Assembly: GCA_002269645.1 (NCBI GenBank)
Contig: NIVC01000396.1
Location: 434,001 to 498,000, forward strand
Direction of reading: 5' to 3'
DNA from: Macrostomum lignano
Taxonomy: Eukaryota
Length of the DNA: 64,000 nucleotides
In this document: positions 36,301 through 45,312 of the stretch, in pieces
Layout of the letters: every line of letters starts with the position of its first letter
Position numbering within the stretch: the stretch's first letter is position 1
Made by a program: the position numbers and the translations under genes
The notes under the pieces: model-generated
The model's database searches: none
What the model saw: the letters and a program-made list of their open reading frames with translations, nothing else
What the model was told of the DNA's origin: nothing

Positions 36301-39300
36301 GGCAGTCCTGTCGTAGGCAGCCAGAGTCGAAGCGGTGATCCGCTTGCGCAGCGCCTCCAGCGTGTTGCGTGTCACCTTCACAATCGCGTCCATGTTCCTG
36401 TGGTTGAAGTGGCTCAGCAGCTCCATTGCGGCTTCCTCGATCTGCGCCTTCTCGTCCTTCTTCGGCCGGCGAAGGATCCGCTCGCCGCCCTCCGGCTGCT
36501 CGGCCGCTGGCGCCTCATCAGTTGGCTTGTCGGCCTCATCGACAGTCGCCGGCTGCTCAGGTTCGTCTTCGCCGACGAGCATGTTGATGAGCTCATTGAC
36601 GGCCTCCTCGACGTTGATGCTCTTAACCTGGAGCAGCTGGGCGCCCTTGTGGCAGAGGCTCTGCGTCCGCTCCAGGAAGGCATCTATGGTCCAGGGCTCA
36701 GTGTCGGGCAGCTCGCACAGCTGCACGGTGGCCATCTCGTCCAGCACCTGGTCGATGCGGAACTCGCGCAGATCCTTAGCGCGGCTGAGCAGCAGCTCCA
36801 CATCGCGCATGTCAGCGTACACCTCCTCGATGTACTTGTCCGTGCCGAGGCTCATCCAGTTGAGCGTGGTCAGTCCCGGCTCCACCACGCGGCGCAGTCT
36901 GTTAAGCCGCGGGCCCATCAGCGGCTCGTACTCGGGCGGCACGCCGTCTAGAATCCGGTTGTACTCGTCCAGCATCATGCCGAGGCTCTCGTAGTGGCGT
37001 TTGATAGCCACCTGGCGGGCCCGAAGATGCTGCGCCGCTAGCGGGATGTCCATGCCCAGACGCGCCATCAGCTCCGTCTCCCTGATCAGAGTGAGAATCT
37101 CAGCGTCCAAGTTGATGAAGAGCCGCTTGGTCTCCGGGTGGCGCACCAGCAGCGAGGCCTTCAGGCCGACCTGCGCCGACTGCACCTGTTTGGTCCAGGC
37201 GCGGTGGTAGAGCATCTCGAATGCCACCAGCACCTCGGCCAGCTTGTTGTAGTTCTTCACAATGCGCTTGCCCTCCGGGCTGGCCAGCAGCTGCGGCATG
37301 GTCTTGAAGAGCACCATGGGCTCCTCGATGCGGCGGAACAGCTGGCGGGCCCAGCAGATTTTGCCGCCGATTGGCGGCAGGTCGCGTGCGATTGGCGGAT
37401 CGTCCTTGTTCTTGTTGTAGATGCGACTGCGCTGTCCAGCTCCTTGCCGTAGAAGACCAGTATCTTCTGGTATTTCTCCTCGATACCAAGGCGAGGAATT
37501 CGCAGCCGTTCGAATCGCTTCAGAGTCTGCAGCGCTCGGTAGGAGCTGGTCAGCTTCTCAAAGCGGGCGTCCATGAAGGCCTGGATGCTGCCCTGGAGCG
37601 TGCCGGGAATGGGAATTCAAGGGTCGATTAGTGCTTGGGCCATAGATAATTAGTGTCATTATCAGTTTAGCTGATACGGTTTGGGTCATGGAGTTTTTTT
37701 ACAGAAAATTTGATTATATACAGTTCGGTTCATAGATAGCTTGGGTCATAGACAGTTTCGGTCATCGACAGCTTTGGTCATAGACAGCTTGGGTCATAGG
37801 TATCTAGAGGGCTACCAAACGACCTCTGTCTTCCCCACTAAAAACCACGCTGAAAACAGGTCCGGCAGACCTCCCTGACCGGCCCCGCGGCCCTAGCTCT
37901 AGTCTAGTCTCAGGGATTAGCGGAATGGGCGACGCTCGCCACCCTGCAGCTGAGTAAAGTAAGTCATAGGCATCTAGATAGCTTGGGTCATAGACAGCCT
38001 GGGATACTGACAGTTTAAATCAGAGACAATAGAAAATGTGAGTCATTGACAGCATGGGTCATTTAGTTTAGGTCATGGAAAGCTTGCCCTACTCGACTAG
38101 AGAAAGACCCTAGCAACGCACCTGCAACTCCAGAATCTGCCGCTTGAAATCCTCATAGTCATTATCGAAATCAACTCTGCGCTGATCCAAAAAGTCGTAC
38201 GGCTTTTTCTTCATGCCAACCACGATGACGTTGAACTTGGCGGACATCATCTCCATGCCTTCGATTTTGGACTCGGCTAGGTGCGAGAACATCTCCATGG
38301 TCTGGAACATCTCGATGATCTTCTTCAGCCGTCGACAGAACGTGTCAAACTTGCCAAAGATGTACATCTCGGAGAACTCGAACTTCTTCTCGTTGGGCAT
38401 CTGCTCGAGCTTGGCCTTGGTCCGCTGGAAGCAGGTCTGGTACTCTTCGTTAAGCCGGATGCAGTCCTTGAGTTTAGCGATCACCTGGTCCGTCGGCTGG
38501 GACCAGATGGTCTCCGTGTGCGCCTGGCTGATGTAGCTCTTGCAAGCGGTGATCATCTGGTTGGTGACCTTCACGAACAGCGAAGTCATCCGCTCGGAGG
38601 TGTTGTAGTACCGCGAGATGCTGTGGATCATCCTGATGCCGTTGATCAGCTTGGGGATCATGTCCACCATCTTCACCGGGTCGCTGTGGTACAGCGGCAT
38701 GCAGTGCTCATCGAGGGTGTACAAAAATTTCACATTATCCTTGGCCTCATTGGCATTGTCCGTGATGCGGCGGTCCATCTCGAACCAAGTCTGGTGGTGC
38801 AAAATAAGCAGGAGCTATGCGTTTGAGAATCAAATAGTTTTAGAAAGTTTTGATGATTTAAATTTGACAAAATTATTTATTTTATGTTGCTTAGACTGTA
38901 ATCAGTAAGACAATGCAAACTAAAACTACATAAACAAATATAAAAATGTTAATAAATGCTCGTATTTTTATGAGTTTGCTTTTAATATATTTACTTAAAT
39001 AGAGAAATAGTTACTATACATGTTGCACTGTACTGTAAATAGGAATTAGCTAGTAATGATTATTATTTCTAAGTAATTATTTCAAATTTTGAATTAATAC
39101 TATTTAAATGCGCGTTTATCAACAGTTTTTCACCGTTTGAGTACACCACAGTTTTACTGAGTTTACACAATTCGACTGATGAAATTTTAATCTAATCAAT
39201 TATAATTAATTTTAATTTGTTTCAGTTCATTTTATTTCATTTTCATTAATTTTCATTAATTTTCATTAATTTTCATTAATTTTAATTAATTTTAAATAAT

Positions 39301-42300
39301 CATGAATCATTCTAAATTATTTTAATTTGTCCTGACTCATTCTACATAGTTCTAAATAGTTTACTTCATTTTAAATCGTTTTAAATCACTCTCTGCATAA
39401 TTCTAAACAGGCATTAGTAATTCAAATCATTTAAGTTAATCAAATGCACTCGTGGATTTTACGTACTTTATATTAACAAAAAATAATAATGCTTGTTTTG
39501 GCGCGATTTTAAATGTAAAAATAATTTAATACTCAATATTGCAATTACGACTAAAAAGATATATTCTACCAATAGTAGCTTTGGCAGAAAATTTTAGTCG
39601 AAAATAATTTATAGAGAAAGCAGGCAGCACTGCACTAGCACAATTACTGCCTGCCCGGCTTAGGTAGAAGAGGAGCAGTGAAGATAGGTGTGCGGTTGCT
39701 ATGGCGAGAGAGGCGTCACAGGTTAGGAGAGCGCTTCTAATTCAAGATGCCTTTAGCCTTTGCACAGCAGGTTAACAATGCAGTGCGTGAGTCTTGATTA
39801 AAAATTTTCTGTGTGTGTCTTGCCGTACCCGACCCGACCCCCTGTCACGCTAAACTCGACGTGGTTCAGCCAAACACGCACAGTAAAACAACCGAAAGGG
39901 TGAGAGAGACGCAGAGACTCAGAGAGACAGACCGCACAACAGGGTGCTTGGCGTCCATAGCAACTGCAAAGCAGAGGCGCTTCATCTTAGGAAGGTAAGG
40001 AAAACAAGAAAATAAAAAGTGAAATGATAGAAACGGGCGGTCGGGGAGACCCCCAGCGTTTAATTGTATGCGAAAGCAGAGACCTTGTGGCAGACACGCA
40101 AGGTAATCCCTATACATAATTGTAATTATGTGCAAGTTAATAAATTAAGCATTAAATAAATATTACACTGCACAGCATATGCACTTGTGGATACAAGGGG
40201 CAACGTTGGCGACAAGACGATAGATTGGCGATAGAAAAGGAGGTTAGAATAGAGAAAAGAAGATTAGAGAGGAGAGGAGAGGAGATAAGAGGAGAGGAGA
40301 GGAGATAAGAGGAGAGGAGAGGAGAGGAGATAAGAGGAGAGGAGAGGAGAGGAGAGGAGAGGAGAGGAGAGGAGAGGAGAGGAGAGGAGAGGAGAGGAGA
40401 GGAGAGGAGAGGAGAGGAGAGGAGAGGAGAGGAGAGAAGAGGAGAGGAGAGGAGAGGAGAGGAGAGGAGAGGAGAGGAGAGGAGAGGAGAGGAGAGGAGA
40501 GGAGAGGAGAGGAGAGGAGAGGAGAGGAGAGGAGAGGAGAGGAGAGGAAGGGAAGAAGGATGAAATATTCATGCAAAGATAAATATGCATATCTGGTGCA
40601 TAATTTCAACACTCAGACTTGACTGCTCACCTTCAAAGAGCGCGATTTGGCGGCGTTGAGCACGCCCAGAACCTGCTTGACGTCGTGCGACTTGAGCTGG
40701 TCCAGCAGGTAGTTGAACTTGGCCATCCGCCGCTTCCAGTACTCCAGCTCGGCCCGAGGCCCCACATTGTCGGCCTCGCGCCGGATCTGCTCGGTCTCGG
40801 CCAGCACCTGCTCGATCTGCTTCATCCAGCCGGCCGCGCACTCCTCGATGGCCGTCAGGCTCTCCGTGTGCGAGGCCGCCGAGTTCAGGTCCGTGACGGA
40901 TTTCAGCCGGCGCAGGTCGAAGCCGGTGCACGGCTTCAGCACCACCTTGTCGTTGATGGTGTCTTGGGCGCCTGGTAGAAGAGTGCCAAGGATGATGGGA
41001 GAGTGCCAAGGATGATGGGAGAGTGCCAAGGATGATAGAAGAGTGCCAAGGATGATGGGAGAGTGCCAAGGATGATAGAAGGGTGCCAAGGATGATAGAA
41101 GAGTGCCAAGGATGATAGAAGAGTGCCAAGGATGATGGGAGAGTGCCAAGGATGATAGAAGAGTGCCAAGGATGATGGGAGAGTGCCAAGGATGATAGAA
41201 GGGTGCCAAGGATGATGGGAGAGTGCCAAGGATGATGAGAGAGTGCCAAGGATGATAGAAGAGTGCCAAGAATGTTAAAAGAGTGCCAAGGATGATAGAA
41301 GAGTGCCAAGGATGATAGAAGAGTGCCAATGATAGAAGAGTGCCAAGAATGATAGAAGAGTGCCAATGATAGAAGAGTGCCAATGATAGAAGAGTGTCAA
41401 AGATGATAGAAGAGTGCCAAGAATGATAGAAGACTGCCAAGGATGATAGAAGAGTGCCAGGAGGATGGGAGAGTGCTAGGAGGATGGGAGAGTGCCAGGA
41501 GGATGGGAGAGTGCCAGGAGGATGGGAGAGTGCCAGGAGGATGGGAGAGTGACAAGGACAATAGAGAATCGCAAGCAGTGGTCCCACAACTCACTGTTGA
41601 GCAGGCTGACGAAGTTCTCCAGACTGTTGAGGAAGTGCTGCTTCGCGTGCTCCTGAGTCTCCAGCTGTCCCCAGCCGCCCTGAAGTTCTCGAAGCTGTGG
41701 CACCAGCAGCTGGGAGAGAATCTGTTCGACACCTTTCAGTACCCCGTCGGAGCCGTCGATGCTGAGAAAGTTCACCTCCTTGGCGATGTTGGCCTCAGTG
41801 ATGGCTGTCTGGCAGTTGGAGCGCATGAATACGGCGCAGGGTCCCTTGATTGGCGCCGTGGCGCCGTCCGAGACGAAGATGCGCGGCTTCTGAGCGCGCG
41901 TGGATTTCGTGCCCGGCTGGCCGATGCGGATGTGATCGGCTGGGAGTGCGAGATAAAAGTACGTAATGCACTTTTTGTGACGGATGCATTGGCTCAGAAT
42001 CCAACCAATCCCCTCAGGATGCTACAAATCCCCTCGGGATGCTACCAATCCCTTCAGGATGCTACCAATCCCCTCGGGATGCTACCAATCCCCTCGGGAT
42101 GCTACCAATCCCTTCAGGATGCTACCAATCCCCTCGGGATGCTACCAATCCCTTCAGGATGCTACTAATCCCTTCAGGATGCTACCAATCCCCTCGGGAT
42201 GCTACCAATCCCTTCAGGATGCTACCAATCTCCTCAGGATGCTACCAATACCTTCAGGGTGCTACCAATCTCCTCAGGATGCTACCAATACCTTCAGGGT

Positions 42301-45175
42301 GCTACCAATCCCCTCAGGATGCTACCAATACCTTCAGGGTGCTACCAATCCCCTCAGGATGCTACCAATACCTTCAGGATGCTACCAATCCCCTCAGGAT
42401 GCTACCAATACCTTCAGGGTGCTACCAATCCCCTCAGGATGCTACCAATCCCTTCAGGATGCTACTAATCCCTTCAGGATGCTACCAATCCCCTCAGGAT
42501 GCTACCAATACCTTCAGGGTGCTACCAATCCCCTCAGGATGCTACCAATACCTTCAGGATGCTATCAATCCCCTCAGGATGCTACCAATCCCTTCAGGGT
42601 GCTACCAATCCCCTCGGGATGCTACCAATCCCCCCAGGATGCTACCAATCTCCTCGGGATGCTACCAATCCCCTCAGGATGCTACCAATCCTTCAGATAC
42701 GCTCGTAGCTAAAACTCGCCTCCCTCTAAAAGTCCCATTTAAGCCCACCAGGGGACAAGGGAAACTTTATGAAAAATTTAAAAAGCAGAAACGGAAGCTT
42801 ATGCAAGGATGCTTTGCAATGCTATCAAAATTAATTACCTGCACTCTTTGCGGTGCATAAGAATTAAGGGGTGATTAAAAATAAACAATTGGCATTGAAT
42901 TATTAAGCTTGCGGGGTTGGGTGAAAGCGCTCTTGACTATATATATTTAGAAATGTGAGCATAATACGTATTAAGCGATAATATTGAGTTTTAAGTGACT
43001 ATATGTATGCGGTAAATAGGCAGCGTGACCTGACGTGACCTATTCAGCCTCAAAAATACCTGTAGAATAAAATTCGGCGGTCCCGACCGGCTTTCGGTGC
43101 GACCTGTTCTGACGCGGCTCTGGGGTAGCAGTTTGTTTTTATTTCATGAGCGTTTGAATTGGTGCACTAACTTTTTGTTATAATCTTTGAGACGAGATGA
43201 AGGGTAACAGTATTCACTGAGGATCTGAAGGAAAGTCCCTGAAGTTAAGTGGAAAAAACCCCGAGCTGCAGGCTTACGGGCCTCCCTATCCAGGTCGGGC
43301 TCCTGGTAGTGCACGAAAATCTTGCATGGCCCGTCAGCAGCGAAGAACTGCTCCATCTGGTCAACGCTGTTGCCATCAAGGATGCCGTCTTCGACCTCGG
43401 CTCGGTCCAGGCAGTAGAAGTCGGCCACCTGGTCCAGCAGGTGCCGGTGCCGGTCATCCAGCTGGTTCCGCTTGGCCTCGCGTTCCTCTTTCAATTTTTG
43501 CTGCATTGAATTCGGTTGGATGAACAAATATTAAAGCTACGTTCGTATTGTTGCATCGAAAACATACAAAAAATGATTAAAATATGCTGCACAAAATGTG
43601 GGAATTTGTTCTAGTTTCACTTTATTAGGCTCAAAGTGCTTCAGCTATTCAAGTAGCGCTTGGCCACCAGAGAAATTCACACAACGAAACGAAAAAAACT
43701 TCAGAAAATCGGTCAAAGTGAACTAACTTTACGAAGAAGCATGTTGCTAGGTCAATCCATAAAATGCTGTGCATGCTGTAGATTGACCCGACTTCGGTGT
43801 GAAATTTTACCTTGTATTATTTTGTCTTTAAGCAGTCAGCCATTTATAAATGCTGCGAGGCATGGAGGAACGGCCACCCGCACTGCCCGTTGACCCTCAG
43901 GCGCCACCCAGGCGCAGCTGCAAGTCTGCCACACGGTTTCCAATAGCAACGCGGCAGCTTGACGGCTAATTAGAATGCTTTAGTCAAAACTCTTGAGGCA
44001 TGAAGCTGTGCAGAGAGAAAAGCGAAAGTAATGCAGCTGTGCAGGTCTGGTAGGAGAGTCACAGATTGACAGGTGTTGAGCTGCGGGGGTGGGGCTTGGA
44101 CAAATAAGTGAAGTTTTTCTCGCAGATCGGCAGAGTATTCGCAAATTCCAAGCAAGAAAGAATTAACAAAAACTTCACGTACGAGTAAAACGATGCACTG
44201 AGGGTTGGCTTTGAAAAATCATTTTCGTCACCACGAATTTTGGCCCTTTTAGATTCGTGTGAAAAAATGCGTTTTAGTTGTAAAAAAATCTTGAACTGTA
44301 CAAGAAGAAAATAATATTTAGTTTTAAATTTCCAAAGCAATTATTTCTGAAAATTGCATTTTATCGGGGCTTTGGGCATTGAAATTAACCTTAATTCCCG
44401 TTTCAGTAATTAAGATAATATGTCTTAGAATAAACAATATAATAAAATAAAAAACACTGAATTTGGGGTTAAAATGTAAAAATTTAAAAGAAATTTAAGC
44501 ATAAAAATTCTATTCGATTGAAAATGTTACAATACGTTTTAGCTTCAGCAGTTTCACAGAAGAAAAGTGTTCATAGAAAAAGCAAAAAATCGGTTAATAA
44601 ATTTGCTTTGATTATCATTTGCTTTGTATTTTCTTTAACTTTTCTTCCAGTCATTTGAGCTTTTTTGCTATATTTAACCAAATGCTACTACCATTCCTGT
44701 GTCTAACCTTGATTCCTTCAAATTATAAAATGGAATTTAATTAAAATATGCAAGATACCTGACTAAGACATAAATCTAAGGCGTACTATAATTAGCAATT
44801 GCGTTATACAAGAGTACATATGCAGAAACTGTGTTAGACCTAAAGAATATTTAATTTCGAAGTTTCCTCGGTCATCACCTGATAATACTGAATCGTCTAC
44901 GGCTACGCGCTCATGTTGTTTCAACACTATCGATTTGGCAGTAACAAAAATTGCAGAAATCATTTTTAAAATATTTTTTAAATACTTCATTTCTTAAAGA
45001 ATATTTAAATAGAAAATGTAGTAAAATAAATAAACCCTGAAAAGTGAATTCAAAATTATTCATTTCAGCTCACCTGTTTTTCCTTTATATTTTCTCCGCT
45101 AGTCAAAACTGAAACACGTGCCTTGCTCTTCTGGGCACTGTTTGAGCGCCTTCCTTGCTCTGGGTCACCAGGCAT
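22149..45175 (-). CDS. DNAH5: Axonemal outer-arm dynein heavy chain, DNAH5/DNAH8 (gamma heavy chain) type, whole multi-exon gene, about 4640 aa
   Basis: Exons join with GT-AG sites and compatible phases once one missing base near 37430 is allowed. P-loops GPAGTGKT (AAA1), GPSGAGKT (AAA2), GEQGTAKT (AAA3), GVGGSGKQS (AAA4); CFDEFNRI Walker B; coiled-coil stalk; C-terminus [15 protein letters not shown]-terminus [17 protein letters not shown] resembles DNAH5/8 as recalled. DNAH5 versus DNAH8 orthology cannot be resolved by eye. Confidence 0.95.
27378..27733. repeat. 13-bp tandem repeat CCAAGCTACCTGT (dynein intron 11)
   Basis: About 27 units. Confidence 0.96.
27827..27896 (-). CDS. DNAH5: Dynein exon 11 (70 nt)
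   Basis: (R)[23 protein letters not shown]; acceptor TTTCCAG, donor GTGAGC, phase 2/0. Confidence 0.92.
28217..28339 (-). CDS. DNAH5: Dynein exon 10b (123-nt paralog of 10a; putative mutually exclusive exon)
   Basis: [40 protein letters not shown]; acceptor GGCAG, donor GTGC; same length and phase as 10a, 16/40 identical residues, no stops. Confidence 0.78.
28644..28766 (-). CDS. DNAH5: Dynein exon 10a (123 nt; alternative to 10b)
   Basis: [40 protein letters not shown]; acceptor CTCTCAG, donor GTGG, phase 2/2. Confidence 0.9.
29020..29432. repeat. 44-bp tandem repeat (dynein intron 9)
   Basis: TAATCCTACTAACAGTAGCTAGATGGCTCTATTTGACTTTAAGA, about 9 units. Confidence 0.95.
29469..31332 (-). 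CDS. DNAH5: Dynein exon 9 (AAA2-AAA3)
   Basis: [52 protein letters not shown]; phase 1/2. Confidence 0.96.
31420..31606 (-). CDS. DNAH5: Dynein exon 8
   Basis: [18 protein letters not shown]...LINDLFP; acceptor TTTCAG, donor GTACG, phase 0/1. Confidence 0.95.
31636..32135. repeat. GGAGTGGAGCA/GGAGCA composite minisatellite (dynein intron 7)
   Basis: Direct inspection. Confidence 0.95.
32157..32540 (-). CDS. DNAH5: Dynein exon 7 (AAA1)
   Basis: [17 protein letters not shown]...[17 protein letters not shown]...EQLTKQ; 384 nt, phase 0/0. Confidence 0.96.
32740..33024 (-). mobile_element. tRNA-derived CORE-type SINE in dynein intron 6
   Basis: A box TAGCGTAGTGG, B box GGTTCGATTCC, then GTGTCCTTGAGCAAGATACTTAAC...CAGCTGTAAAATGGG, resembling the MIR/CORE domain. 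Confidence 0.8.
33148..37592 (-). CDS. DNAH5: Dynein exon 6 (tail, linker, start of AAA1); contains a 1-nt frameshift near 37430
   Basis: ORFs 37257-37574 and 33010-37317 are two frames of one exon; ends [15 protein letters not shown]...GLGRIYK/GTAAG. Confidence 0.95.
37640..38085. repeat. Degenerate TTGGGTCATAGACAG repeats (dynein intron 5)
   Basis: Several diverged copies on both sides of a unique core. Confidence 0.7.
38122..38790 (-). CDS. DNAH5: Dynein exon 5
   Basis: [26 protein letters not shown]...[24 protein letters not shown]; 669 nt, phase 0/0. Confidence 0.95.
40255..40550. repeat. (GAGAG)n microsatellite (dynein intron 4)
   Basis: Direct inspection. Confidence 0.97.
40631..40971 (-). 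CDS. DNAH5: Dynein exon 4 (start of N-terminal tail region 1)
   Basis: [30 protein letters not shown]; acceptor CTACCAG, donor GTGAGC, phase 1/0. Confidence 0.93.
40975..41560. repeat. 20-bp repeat GAGTGCCAAGGATGAT(A/G)G(A/G)A (dynein intron 3)
   Basis: Fills almost the whole intron. Confidence 0.95.
41595..41939 (-). CDS. DNAH5: Dynein exon 3
   Basis: KPRIFVSDG...EVNFLSIDG...[13 protein letters not shown]; acceptor CTCCCAG, donor GTGAGT, phase 1/1. Confidence 0.9.
42000..42695. repeat. 20-bp repeat GCTACCAATCCC(C/T)TCAGGAT (dynein intron 2)
   Basis: About 34 units. Confidence 0.96.
43278..43500 (-). CDS. DNAH5: Dynein exon 2
   Basis: [22 protein letters not shown]...[10 protein letters not shown]; acceptor TGCAG, donor GTAAGC phase 1. 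Confidence 0.85.
43936..43950. promoter_or_regulatory. RFX X-box candidate in dynein intron 1
   Basis: GTTTCC-AAT-AGCAAC, about 430 nt upstream of an in-frame ATG at 43506. Confidence 0.5.
45074..45175 (-). CDS. DNAH5: Dynein exon 1 (putative), [34 protein letters not shown]
   Basis: AAAAATG start, 34 open codons, CAG/GTGAG phase-0 donor matching the phase-0 acceptor at 43500; X-box about 125 nt upstream. Confidence 0.6.
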
Positions 45176-45298
45176 TTTTGATGTACTTTAAATCAATAAC
45201 ATTCTGACAGTGTACTACAATTGCATTAATTATTTATGAAGCGGGGGCTCAGGATCAAATATCGGAATGGCAGTTTAATTGTCTTTACGCGCTTTGGC

Positions 45299-45312
45299 GT
45301 TGTTATGGGGAT
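45299..45312. promoter_or_regulatory. RFX X-box candidate upstream of dynein exon 1
   Basis: Minus-strand ATCCCC-AT-AACAAC fits the RTHNYY-WT-RRNRAC X-box consensus, expected at a ciliary gene. Confidence 0.55.

Noticed and set aside
22017-38826. Long plus-strand ORFs opposite the dynein (for example 23004-24671, 26025-27131, 29450-31051, 33757-34566, 35962-36951) and off-frame minus-strand ORFs
   Set aside because: Shadows of GC3-biased coding sequence; they end where the exons end and show no protein motifs.
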